Below, piece after piece: positions 29,119 through 38,759 of a stretch of DNA of 64,000 bases; positions within the stretch are counted from its first letter, which is position 1, and every line of letters begins with the position of its first letter. The translations under genes and the position numbers were made by a program. The notes beneath the pieces were generated by a model. That model ran no database searches. It had not been told where the DNA came from and saw nothing but the letters and a program-made list of their open reading frames with translations. Where the stretch lies: the NCBI GenBank assembly GCA_944376805.1, contig CALWDX010000062.1, positions 5,542-69,541 of the forward strand. The letters run 5' to 3'. The DNA is from an uncultured Clostridia bacterium. GTDB lineage: Bacteria; Bacillota; Clostridia; Lachnospirales; CAG-274.

Positions 29119-30723
29119 TTGTTGAGTAAAACAAAATTTATAAAACACGCAGCAATACTTGCAGTAGCTAGTCTTTTAGTTAGGTTACTAGGGTTTTTAT
29201 ATAGATTACCATTAACTAATATGCTTGGTGATGAAGGTAATGGTATATATAGTGCAGGATTTTATTTGTATAATTTTTTTCTTGTTATGAGTTCAGCAGG
29301 GCTTCCTGCTGCCATATCTAAAATAGTTTCTGAAAAAATAGCATTGGAAGAATATAGGAATGTTAAAAGAACCTTTAGAATATCAATTATTTTATCTGGA
29401 ACAGTAGGGTTAATATTTGCTATTATTATGTTTATATCTGCTAAGTTTTTTTCTAATTTAATAGGTAGCCCAGATAGTTATTATACTATACTTACTTTAT
29501 CACCAACTGTTTTTATAGTTTCCATTATGGCAGTTTTTAGGGGTTATTTTCAAGGGCTTGGAACAACTGTTCCTACTGCTATATCTCAAGTAATAGAACA
29601 AATATTTAATGCAGTTTTTAGTATTTATTTAGCTTATTTATTAGTAAAAATAAGTTTACCATTAGGTGCAGCTGGTGGTACTATGGGTACTGGAATAGGT
29701 GCATTAGCAGGACTTATATATATTTTAGTTGTATATATAAATAGAAAACACTATATAAATAAAAGACTTTCTAAAAAAACACATAAATATAGGGTTGAAA
29801 GTAATAAAGAAATAGCTATAAAAATAATAAAAACAGCAGCTCCTATTATTGCTGGTACTGCTATTTTTAGTATGACAAATCTTATAGATATGCAAATGGT
29901 AAATAGTAGGCTGTTAGCTTCTAAAGCCTTCACAGAAAAAGAAGTCACTTCTTTATATGGTCAGCTTACTGGTAAATATGTAACGCTTACAACTCTTCCA
30001 GTTTCTATATCAACAGCACTTGCAACAGCAGTTTTACCTAGTATAGCTAGTAGTATGATACAAAAAGATATAAAAACTGTTAGAAAAAAAATAGATGTTA
30101 GTTTAAGGCTTACTATGATAATATCTATACCAGCAGCTATTGGTATGGGGGTACTTGCTGATGAAATACTACTTTTATTATTTCCAAATCATTCTGATGG
30201 TGGTAGCCTTTTAAAATGGGGTGCATTAAGTATTATATTTTTAGCATTATGTCAAATCATAACAGGAATTTTACAAGGTATTGGTAAAATGACAATACCC
30301 GCTAAAAATGCTTTAATAGGATCTATTATAAAAATACCTATAAATTATTTTTTAATTGCTATACCTAGTATAAATGTTATAGGAGCTATAATTAGTACAA
30401 CAGTATGTTATATTGTTGCATCTATATTAAATTTTATAGCATTAAAAAAAGCTACAAAAATAAAACCAGATTTTAAAGGGATATTATTTAAACCAATAAT
30501 AGCATCTATTGTTATGGGGGTTGCTTGTTATTTTTCTTATAAAGGTGTATATAATGTTATTGAAAGTAATACAATAGCTACACTTATTAGTATATTTATA
30601 TCTATGATAGTATATTTAATTAGTTTAGCTGTTATAGGTGGATTTAAAAGAGAAGATTTAATGTTATTACCTATGGGTAAAAAATTTATAATTATTTTAG
30701 AAAGATTTAGATTAATAGATTAA
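29119..30723 (+). CDS. Polysaccharide/lipid II flippase, SpoVB/YabM/MurJ-like (MOP superfamily)
   Basis: About 14 TMs. RLLGFLYR, SSAGLPAAISK, RGYFQG and SQVIEQ. Confidence 0.88.
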   Translation: MLSKTKFIKHAAILAVASLLVRLLGFLYRLPLTNMLGDEGNGIYSAGFYLYNFFLVMSSAGLPAAISKIVSEKIALEEYRNVKRTFRISIILSGTVGLIFAIIMFISAKFFSNLIGSPDSYYTILTLSPTVFIVSIMAVFRGYFQGLGTTVPTAISQVIEQIFNAVFSIYLAYLLVKISLPLGAAGGTMGTGIGALAGLIYILVVYINRKHYINKRLSKKTHKYRVESNKEIAIKIIKTAAPIIAGTAIFSMTNLIDMQMVNSRLLASKAFTEKEVTSLYGQLTGKYVTLTTLPVSISTALATAVLPSIASSMIQKDIKTVRKKIDVSLRLTMIISIPAAIGMGVLADEILLLLFPNHSDGGSLLKWGALSIIFLALCQIITGILQGIGKMTIPAKNALIGSIIKIPINYFLIAIPSINVIGAIISTTVCYIVASILNFIALKKATKIKPDFKGILFKPIIASIVMGVACYFSYKGVYNVIESNTIATLISIFISMIVYLISLAVIGGFKREDLMLLPMGKKFIIILERFRLID

Positions 30724-30729
30724 ATTTAT

Positions 30730-30770
30730 AAAAAATATCACAATTATTTTTATAGTTGTGATATTTTTTT
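30730..30770 (+). terminator. Terminator after flippase gene
   Basis: AAAAAATATCACAATTA...TAGTTGTGATATTTTTT. Confidence 0.7.
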
Positions 30771-30827
30771 ATTTTTTTGAATATATTTTTTATAATCTAT
30801 ATTTTACTATATAAGGAGAAAAAAATT

Positions 30828-31928
30828 ATGGACAAGAAGATAGAAAAATTTTGTGAAAAAGTTGGTCTTGGTATAGCTATTAGTATAATTTTAGTTATTG
30901 TTTTATTTTTCAATATAAACGAAGTAGCTTTTGGGGAAATTATGCTATATGATACATTACCTAATTATAAAATAAATGAAGATGTAAAAGATATGTTTAA
31001 AAAATATGAAACTTTAATGGTTTCTAATATAGAAAATCCAGAAAGTGAAGAAATAGGAGATATTGAATTAGTAGGTCTTGAAGATATATCTTATGAGCAT
31101 AAAAAAACTGAAGAAGAAGTCAAGAAAAGTACACAAGTTAGTAGTAATAATATAGATGTAAAAAAGCTAGAAAATTTAGATTATTTAAGACAAGAATTTT
31201 ATATAGTAGATGCTACAACAGGTATGTCTAAAGATTATTTTGATGTTAATAAATTTTTAAGTACAGATTTAAAAATTCAAAAAAGTGAAAGTGAACCTAA
31301 AGTTTTAATTTTTCACACTCACCCCCACGAAATGTTTAAAGATAGTAATGAAAATGATATAAATGAAGGTATAATAGGTGTTGGAACAAAACTTGCTAAT
31401 ATTTTAGAGCAAGATTATGGTATAAAAACATTACATATAAAAGACACATCTTTTGATATGGAAAATGGAAGATTACAACGTAATGGTGCATATGAGAGAA
31501 TGGAATTGGTAATACCTAAAATTATTGAACAAAATCCATCAATAGAATTAGTTATAGATTTACATAGAGATGGAGTAAATGAAAATACGCATCTTGTAGA
31601 AACAATAAATGGAAAGCCAACAGCTAAAATAATGTTTTTTAATGGTATATCAAGAATAATGGAAAATGGAAAATTAAATAATATATCAAATTTACCTAAT
31701 CCTTATATACCTACAAATCTTGCACTTAGTTTTAATATGCAAATGAAAGCTATGGAAAAATACCCAGGGTTTACTAGAAAAATATACATAAAGCCATACA
31801 GATATAGTTTACATTTAAATGCTAAAACAATGCTTGTAGAGGCTGGGGCACAAACTAATACAAAACAAGAAATGTATAATTCTATGGAACTTTTAGCAGA
31901 CCTTATAAATGATGTTATTTTTTCTTAA
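30828..31928 (+). CDS. spoIIP: Stage II sporulation protein P
   Basis: N-terminal TM, IFHTHPHE, IDLHRDG and LVEAGAQTN. Start behind AAGGAG. Confidence 0.9.
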   Translation: MDKKIEKFCEKVGLGIAISIILVIVLFFNINEVAFGEIMLYDTLPNYKINEDVKDMFKKYETLMVSNIENPESEEIGDIELVGLEDISYEHKKTEEEVKKSTQVSSNNIDVKKLENLDYLRQEFYIVDATTGMSKDYFDVNKFLSTDLKIQKSESEPKVLIFHTHPHEMFKDSNENDINEGIIGVGTKLANILEQDYGIKTLHIKDTSFDMENGRLQRNGAYERMELVIPKIIEQNPSIELVIDLHRDGVNENTHLVETINGKPTAKIMFFNGISRIMENGKLNNISNLPNPYIPTNLALSFNMQMKAMEKYPGFTRKIYIKPYRYSLHLNAKTMLVEAGAQTNTKQEMYNSMELLADLINDVIFS

Positions 31929-31947
31929 ATACAGTAAGGAGAATTTT

Positions 31948-32505
31948 ATGAGATATGTAAAAACAAACTATTATAAATATGATATAAAAGATAATACATT
32001 AAGATATATTATGAATTCTATGTTTTTAGGAAGTATTTTAGGTGCGATATTTTTTTGTCTTATATCTGAAGATAGTTTAAATAAAATGAATATATTTATA
32101 GATAGTTTTATAACACAAGTAGATAAAAATAATATAATAAATTTTATAGAAATATTTATAAAAAATATTAAATATTTTATATTTATATGGTTTTTAGGAT
32201 TTATACCCTTAGGTGAAATATTTATATATTTAATAATATTTTGTAAAGGATTTTTTATTAGTTTTACTAGTTCTATATTTTTTAGTAAGTATCAATTTCA
32301 ATTTACTATTAATGTTTTTAATAACTATATTCTTGAAAATATTTTTAATATTATTTTAATTTTCTTTATAGCATATAAAGCTATAATGTATAGCAAGAGT
32401 AAGTTTAAAAATATACCATTAGATATAAAAAATTACATAAAAAGTTTAATTATTTGTATAATAGCTAATATTTTTTTTATTACAATGTTATATTATATTA
32501 TATAA
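31948..32505 (+). CDS. spoIIM: Stage II sporulation protein M-like membrane protein
   Basis: Five to six TMs, FLGSILGA and WFLGFIPLG...IFCKGFFISF pattern. Divergent. Confidence 0.7.
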   Translation: MRYVKTNYYKYDIKDNTLRYIMNSMFLGSILGAIFFCLISEDSLNKMNIFIDSFITQVDKNNIINFIEIFIKNIKYFIFIWFLGFIPLGEIFIYLIIFCKGFFISFTSSIFFSKYQFQFTINVFNNYILENIFNIILIFFIAYKAIMYSKSKFKNIPLDIKNYIKSLIICIIANIFFITMLYYII

Positions 32506-32598
32506 AAATTTATTAAAAGTATTTGAAAAGTAATCAAAAATATGTTAAAATATATTTTAATGTTATAAATGTTATGAAACATTTTTTGGAGGCATTTT

Positions 32599-34068
32599 AT
32601 GAAAAATAAAATTATTTTAAATATATTAGTTGTTTACTTTTTAATATTGAGTATAGTTTTAGTTATACAATTATCTTCAACTAAAACTAATGCTATAGAA
32701 CCTTTACCAAGTGAAATAACAGCAGAAGATAAGCTTAAAAATTCAGTAGTTTTAGCTATAAATAGTCCTGTTGTTATAGTAAATGAAAAACAATACTTAA
32801 TTGATGAAAAAGATTCTACATTAGTACCTACTATTGATAATGGAAAAGTTTATATTCCAACTAAACTTTTAGAAACTGCTTTTGGTGCTAATATTAATTT
32901 TTCCAAACAAAGTAAAGAAACTATAATAAGATTAGATAATAAAGCAATAATTTTTGTAAATAATGGAACAAGTATTAATATTATTGATAATACAAGTGAA
33001 GAAACTATAAATATAGATGAAGAAGCTAAAATTATAAATGATAGGTTTTATATACCTCTTAGAAGTTTTGCTGATATTTTTGATAAAGAAGTATTTTATA
33101 ATAATGATTTAATAATTATTAGTAGTATAGAAAATTTATTTGACCCAATAGAAGAAATGGACATATTAGAAGAATTAGAAAAGCAAGTCAAACAATTACC
33201 AATTGTAGGAAATAGTGATAATTTAAGACATTTATTAAGAAGAGAAGTAAATAATACAAATAAAATAACAAAATCAAACTTAATGAATATAGAAACTTTA
33301 GATGTTTTTTTACAACAAAAAAAACCAGTTATTATTAAAAAGACTAACAATTATAATATATATGCTACAGAAGGATTTATAGAAGTTTATTTTGTTAATA
33401 AAGATAAAGAAGAAATCTTTAGTTTTAAAGTAGAAAAAGTCAATAATAATATAAAAGATATACAAATAACAAATGATAGATTTGTTATTTCATATTTAGA
33501 TAATATTGTAAAAACTTTTATATATGATATTTCTGATAGAGAAAATATAAAAACTATGGAAGTAGTATATAATAATGGTGATTTCTATAAAAATATAATA
33601 GATGATAATAATTTATATATAGTATCAAAAATAGATATATCAAAAGATAAAGAAAAATTACCTTATTTTGCTGAATATTCTTATAAAGATAATATAATTA
33701 CAGGGTTTAAAGAACAAACATTTAGTTTAGATAATATATTTTACTTTCCAGATATGAATGATAATCAATATACTATTATATTTTATGTTAATTTATATGA
33801 ATTAGATGAGACATTATGTAATGGTGCATATTTAGGTATGGGTAATAATATTGTAATAAATGATGATATAATATATGTTTTAACATCTAATAGTGAAAAT
33901 AATAATTTATATCAATTTAAAGCTACATTAGATGGAATACGATATATGAGAAGAGTATTTATTAAAGGTAATGTAAAATCTTTAGAAATGGATAAAGAAA
34001 AACAGTTTTTAAAATTAAGTTTAGAAGATGAAGTTATTTATTATGATAACAATTTAACTAAAAGATAA
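32599..34068 (+). CDS. Membrane-anchored or exported protein: CAO-N domain plus divergent beta-propeller-type region
   Basis: N-terminal hydrophobic anchor. VYIPTKLLETAFG and FYIPLRSFADIF are CAO-N motifs. LPIVGNSDNL starts a beta-rich C-terminal half. Confidence 0.6.
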   Translation: MKNKIILNILVVYFLILSIVLVIQLSSTKTNAIEPLPSEITAEDKLKNSVVLAINSPVVIVNEKQYLIDEKDSTLVPTIDNGKVYIPTKLLETAFGANINFSKQSKETIIRLDNKAIIFVNNGTSINIIDNTSEETINIDEEAKIINDRFYIPLRSFADIFDKEVFYNNDLIIISSIENLFDPIEEMDILEELEKQVKQLPIVGNSDNLRHLLRREVNNTNKITKSNLMNIETLDVFLQQKKPVIIKKTNNYNIYATEGFIEVYFVNKDKEEIFSFKVEKVNNNIKDIQITNDRFVISYLDNIVKTFIYDISDRENIKTMEVVYNNGDFYKNIIDDNNLYIVSKIDISKDKEKLPYFAEYSYKDNIITGFKEQTFSLDNIFYFPDMNDNQYTIIFYVNLYELDETLCNGAYLGMGNNIVINDDIIYVLTSNSENNNLYQFKATLDGIRYMRRVFIKGNVKSLEMDKEKQFLKLSLEDEVIYYDNNLTKR

Positions 34069-34089
34069 AGTTTAAAGGAGGAGTTTAGT

Positions 34090-35088
34090 ATGGCAGAAGA
34101 AAAAAAGGTTTTGTTTAGTGGAATGCAACCATCTGGTAAACCTACATTAGGTAATTATTTAGGAGCATTTAAAAATTGGAGTAGTTTACAAGAAAAATAC
34201 AATTGTATATATTGTATAGCAGATTTACATGCTATAACTATTAGGCAAGACCCTATTATGCTTAGAAAATATACTAAAGAATTATTAGCACTTTATCTTG
34301 CAGCAGGACTTGATAATGAAAAAAACACTATATATATACAATCGAATGTATCCGCACACGCTGAACTTGGCTGGATTTTAAATTGTTATTCATATATGGG
34401 GGAGTTATCAAGAATGACACAATTTAAAGATAAATCTCAAAAACAAGGTAACAATATACCAACAGGACTTTTTAACTATCCTGTTTTACAAGCAGCTGAT
34501 ATTTTATTATATCAAACTTCAGTTGTACCTGTTGGTGAAGATCAAAGACAACATTTAGAACTTGCAAGGGATATAGCAATACGTTTTAATAACATATATG
34601 GGGATGTATTTACTATACCAGAAATGTATATAGCAGAAGTTGGTGCTAAAATAATGGGATTACAAAATCCTACTAAAAAAATGAGTAAATCTGATGCTGA
34701 TAATGTTAATAATGTAATTTATTTATTAGATGACTTAAAATCTATAGCAAATAAAATAAAAAGAAGTGTTACAGATTCAGATAATCAAATTATATATAGT
34801 GATAATAAACCTGGAATTAAAAATTTATTAAATATATATTGTGCCATAACTAATAAAACAGTAAAACAAGCTGAAAAAGATTTTAATGGTTTTGGATATG
34901 GTGCTTTTAAAGAAGCTGTCGCTGAAGTTGTTATTGAAGAAATAAGACCTATACAAAATAAATTTAATGAAATTTTATCAGACAAAGTATTTTTGGAAAA
35001 CGTTATTAAAGATGGAGCTAAAAAAGTTGAATATATAGCTAATAAAACTTTAAGAAAAGTTAAGAAAAAAGTTGGATTTATTTGTTAA
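34090..35088 (+). CDS. trpS: Tryptophan--tRNA ligase
   Basis: SGMQPSG-TLGNY, YPVLQAADIL, VPVGEDQ and KMSKS. Confidence 0.97.
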   Translation: MAEEKKVLFSGMQPSGKPTLGNYLGAFKNWSSLQEKYNCIYCIADLHAITIRQDPIMLRKYTKELLALYLAAGLDNEKNTIYIQSNVSAHAELGWILNCYSYMGELSRMTQFKDKSQKQGNNIPTGLFNYPVLQAADILLYQTSVVPVGEDQRQHLELARDIAIRFNNIYGDVFTIPEMYIAEVGAKIMGLQNPTKKMSKSDADNVNNVIYLLDDLKSIANKIKRSVTDSDNQIIYSDNKPGIKNLLNIYCAITNKTVKQAEKDFNGFGYGAFKEAVAEVVIEEIRPIQNKFNEILSDKVFLENVIKDGAKKVEYIANKTLRKVKKKVGFIC

Positions 35089-35133
35089 TAATATAAATTT
35101 ATGTGTTTATAAGTTTTTAGGAGGTGGTTATTT

Positions 35134-35868
35134 ATGTCGTTATTCAAAAAATTATTTAAAAAAGAAGAAAAAGAGGAAAAAGAAAATTATACTTTAAATT
35201 TAGATATAGATACACGTGTAACTATAAAACAGATGAATGGTTTTAATGTAGTAAATACATATAAAACAACTGTAAATCAAGTTATATCTGGTAAAGAGCT
35301 AATGATATTAGCCCCTGTTGTAGATGGTGATATTATAGTATTATTACATACTAATGTATATTCTGTAGAATTTGAAACAAAAAGTGGATTATTAAAAAAT
35401 AATATGAAAGTAATATCTTATCATATGGAAAATAATATGCCACTTATAAAAATATTGTTATTAGAAAAAACAGAAATAATACAAAGAAGAGCTAGTTATA
35501 GATTACCAATATCTATAGAATTTGAATTTGATGTAGTTGAAGATAATAGTAATAAAATCTTAAAGCAGGATGATGTTCTTTTATCAACAGGTGAAACAGT
35601 AGATATTAGTACAGGTGGTTTAAAGTTTCTTAGTAATGAGGAAGTAGAAAAAGATACTTTTATAAAAATTCTTATTAATTCAAAAGATATTTTTATTGTT
35701 GCTATTGCTAGTGTTATTCAAAAAGAAGCAATAACACAAACAAGAGGATATAATTATTCATATACTTGCAAATTTGAAAATATTCCAGATAAATATATTG
35801 AAGAATTATCAGAATATATATTTAATAAACAAAGAGAATTAGCTAAAAAAGGAAAAGTATTTGAATAA
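35134..35868 (+). CDS. PilZ-domain c-di-GMP effector, YcgR/DgrA (flagellar brake)-like
   Basis: QRRASYR (RxxxR) and DISTGG (DxSxxG) motifs, with an N-terminal YcgR-like domain. Confidence 0.88.
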   Translation: MSLFKKLFKKEEKEEKENYTLNLDIDTRVTIKQMNGFNVVNTYKTTVNQVISGKELMILAPVVDGDIIVLLHTNVYSVEFETKSGLLKNNMKVISYHMENNMPLIKILLLEKTEIIQRRASYRLPISIEFEFDVVEDNSNKILKQDDVLLSTGETVDISTGGLKFLSNEEVEKDTFIKILINSKDIFIVAIASVIQKEAITQTRGYNYSYTCKFENIPDKYIEELSEYIFNKQRELAKKGKVFE

Positions 35869-35877
35869 TAACATTTT

Positions 35878-35903
35878 AAGCTCTATTTTTAAAAATAGGG
35901 CTT
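35878..35903 (+). terminator. Terminator after PilZ gene
   Basis: AAGCTCTATTTT/AAAATAGGGCTT followed by a T-tract. Confidence 0.65.
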
Positions 35904-36060
35904 TTTAAGTGAAAAAGGTTATTTTATAGATTTTTGGTAAAATGTCTTATTCAAAAATATTTAAAATGATAAACATGTGATAAAATAGTTAATATAGATA
36001 GTTTTAAATATAAATATGAAAATTTTGAAATTTTATAGTGATAAGTATTTAAAAATAATA

Positions 36061-36088
36061 TTGACAATATTATTTTTAATGATATAAT
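36061..36088 (+). promoter_or_regulatory. SigmaA promoter of thrS leader
   Basis: TTGACA-16-TATAAT with extended TG. Confidence 0.75.
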
Positions 36089-36109
36089 ATATATACATAT
36101 TTTAAATTT

Positions 36110-36339
36110 GAGATAAGGACAGTAGTTTATTTTGATTGTTTACAGAGAGAGATACCTAGGCTGTAAGTATCTTAACTAGAAATAAATGAAGACTACCTTT
36201 GAGTATTGGCTCTAATACAGCACGGGTTGTTCCGTTAAAAACTTTTAAAGATGTAATTAATTAAATCGAAATTGATTATAAATTTGGGTGGAACCGCGTA
36301 TTTTATGCCCCATTTTCCTTTTGGAGAATGGGGCTTTTT
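36110..36339 (+). ncRNA. T-box riboswitch, Thr specifier (ACU)
   Basis: Stem I: AAGG-ACAGTAG...CAGAGAG...GGCTGTAAG...GAAG-ACT-A-CCTT. T-box TTGGGTGGAACCGCG. Terminator GCCCCATTTTCC/GGAGAATGGGGC plus T5. Lies upstream of thrS. Confidence 0.92.
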
Positions 36340-36448
36340 AGATGATTATCATTATTCGTTTTTTGCAAATGATAGATTTGATTTTGTTATAAGTGACATT
36401 TTAGATATAATATTTACTGATATAATTAAATTAGAAAAACAATGCTGA
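36338..36448 (+). pseudogene. Possible coding remnant between T-box terminator and thrS
   Basis: Startless 36-codon frame LDDYHYSFFANDRFDFVISDILDIIFTDIIKLEKQC* in otherwise non-coding AT-rich DNA. Confidence 0.3.
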
Positions 36449-36656
36449 AGTTGATTTTAAAATTTAAATTTAATATTTTTAATTATAAAAAACATAATTT
36501 ATTTGAAATAAAGTATAATAAAATTAACTAAAAATTTTTTGTTTAGAAAATGTAAAAAGATTATATAGATAATATAAAGATATTGGTTATTTTTTAGGTT
36601 AATAAACATATTATAAAAATTTATAATAAAAAATTAATTGTAAAGGAGAAATAAAA

Positions 36657-38600
36657 ATGATAAATATTACTTTAAAAGATGGAACAATTAAAAGTTATGA
36701 AAAAGGAAGTACAATACTTGATATAGCAAGATGTATAAGTGAAGGTTTAGCAAGAAATACTTTCGCAGGTCTTGTTAATGGTGAAGTTATGGATATAAGA
36801 ACACCTATACAAAATGACTGTTCTTTAAGCCTTTTAACATTTGATACAGAAGAAGGTAAAAAAGCATTTAGACATACAGGTTCACATATTTTAGCTCAAG
36901 CGGTTAAAAGATTATATCCTAATGCTAAACTTGCAATAGGACCAGCAACAGATGAGGGTTTTTATTATGACTTTGATAGAGAACCTTTTTCTGCTGAAGA
37001 ACTTTCTGAAATAGAAAAAGAAATGAAAAAAATAGTTAAAGAAGATTTAAAAATAGAAAGATTTGAACTTTCAAGAGAAGAAGCATTAAAATTAATGAAA
37101 GAAAATGATGAACCTTATAAAATAGAACTTATAAATGATTTACCACAAGATGCAGTAATTAGTTTTTATAAACAAGGTGATTTTGTAGACCTCTGTGCAG
37201 GACCACACCTTTTAAGTACAAAATATTTAAAAGCTATTAAAATATTAAATGACAGTGGCTCATCTGGTGCATATTGGAAAGGTAGCGAAAAAAATAAAAT
37301 GTTATCAAGAATATATGCAACAGCTTTTCCTAAAGCTAGTGAATTAGAAGCATATTTAGAACAAAGAGAAGAAGCTAAAAAAAGAGACCATAATCGTCTT
37401 GGTAGAGAACTTGGTATATTTACAACTTCTGAAGAAATAGGACAAGGTTTACCACTTTTAATGCCTAAAGGTGCTAAAATAGTACAAACATTACAACGCT
37501 TTGTTGAAGATGAAGAAGAAAGAAGAGGTTATAGCCTTACAAAAACACCTTTAATGGCTAAAAATGATTTATATAAAATATCAGGACATTGGCAACATTA
37601 TAAAGATGGTATGTTTGTTTTAGGTGATGAAGAAAATGATGCAGAAGTATTTGCACTTAGACCTATGACTTGTCCATTCCAATATACTATATATAATGCA
37701 CAACAACATAGTTATAGAGACTTACCAGCTAGATATGCTGAAACTTCTACACTTTTTAGAAATGAGTCTTCAGGAGAAATGCACGGACTTATAAGAGTGC
37801 GTCAATTTACTATTTCAGAAGGTCATATTATTTGTACAAAAGAACAGTTAGGGGATGAGTTTAAAGGTGCAGTAGATTTAATAAACTTTATGATGAATAC
37901 ACTTGGTATACAAGATGATGTAACTTATAGATTTTCTAAATGGGACCCTAACAATAAAGATAAATATGAAGGTACTCCAGAACAGTGGGAACAAACTCAA
38001 GATGTTATGCGTGAGCTTTTAAATGAAATAGGACTTGAATTTACAGAAGCAGAAGGTGAAGCAGCTTTTTATGGTCCTAAATTAGATATACAATTTAAAA
38101 ATGTTCACGGAAAAGAAGATACTATTATAACAGTTCAAATAGACTTTTTACAAGGTAAATTATTTAATATGACTTATGTAGATAAAGATGGAGAAAAGAA
38201 AAATCCTATTATTATTCATAGAACATCTATTGGTTGTTATGAAAGAACTTTAGCTATGCTTATTGAAAAATATGCAGGTAATTTCCCAACTTGGTTAGCA
38301 CCAGTACAAGCTATTGTTTTACCTTTATCTGAAAAATATCACGATTATGCAGAAAGTGTTGTTAAAAAACTTAAAGATAATGGTATAAGAACAGATGCAG
38401 ATTATAGAGCAGAAAAAATAGGTTATAAAATAAGAGAAGCTAGACTTCAAAGAATACCTTTCTTACTTGTTGTAGGTGAAAAAGAGGAAGAAATGGGTGA
38501 AGTTTCTATTAAAAGCCGTGGAGAAGATTTAGGTTCTAAGCCTTTAGATGTATTTTTACAAGAAATTAAAGAAGAAATTGATAAAAAAATAATAAAATAG
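36657..38600 (+). CDS. thrS: Threonine--tRNA ligase
   Basis: TGS domain, HTGSH, DLCAGPH, RPMTCP, FYGPKLD and HRTSIGC. Confidence 0.98.
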   Translation: MINITLKDGTIKSYEKGSTILDIARCISEGLARNTFAGLVNGEVMDIRTPIQNDCSLSLLTFDTEEGKKAFRHTGSHILAQAVKRLYPNAKLAIGPATDEGFYYDFDREPFSAEELSEIEKEMKKIVKEDLKIERFELSREEALKLMKENDEPYKIELINDLPQDAVISFYKQGDFVDLCAGPHLLSTKYLKAIKILNDSGSSGAYWKGSEKNKMLSRIYATAFPKASELEAYLEQREEAKKRDHNRLGRELGIFTTSEEIGQGLPLLMPKGAKIVQTLQRFVEDEEERRGYSLTKTPLMAKNDLYKISGHWQHYKDGMFVLGDEENDAEVFALRPMTCPFQYTIYNAQQHSYRDLPARYAETSTLFRNESSGEMHGLIRVRQFTISEGHIICTKEQLGDEFKGAVDLINFMMNTLGIQDDVTYRFSKWDPNNKDKYEGTPEQWEQTQDVMRELLNEIGLEFTEAEGEAAFYGPKLDIQFKNVHGKEDTIITVQIDFLQGKLFNMTYVDKDGEKKNPIIIHRTSIGCYERTLAMLIEKYAGNFPTWLAPVQAIVLPLSEKYHDYAESVVKKLKDNGIRTDADYRAEKIGYKIREARLQRIPFLLVVGEKEEEMGEVSIKSRGEDLGSKPLDVFLQEIKEEIDKKIIK

Positions 38601-38731
38601 TATCAATAATATAGACTTTATAATATTATATTATTATAAATTCCCAAAATAATAGTTATAAAGTAAAGATAAAATATTTAATATACTATTAATTTAACAA
38701 TTTATAAATATTATTTTGTTTATATAAATTT

Positions 38732-38757
38732 AGGTTAAAGGCAAAAGCCTTTAACCT
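38732..38757 (-). terminator. Terminator at sleC 3' end (convergent with thrS)
   Basis: AGGTTAAAGGC-AAAA-GCCTTTAACCT. Confidence 0.7.
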
Positions 38758-38759
38758 TT

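Noticed and set aside
34069-34089. T-box upstream of trpS (also checked gltX)
   Set aside because: The trpS gap is about 20 nt, and the gltX gap holds only a terminator and promoter. No T-box motif.
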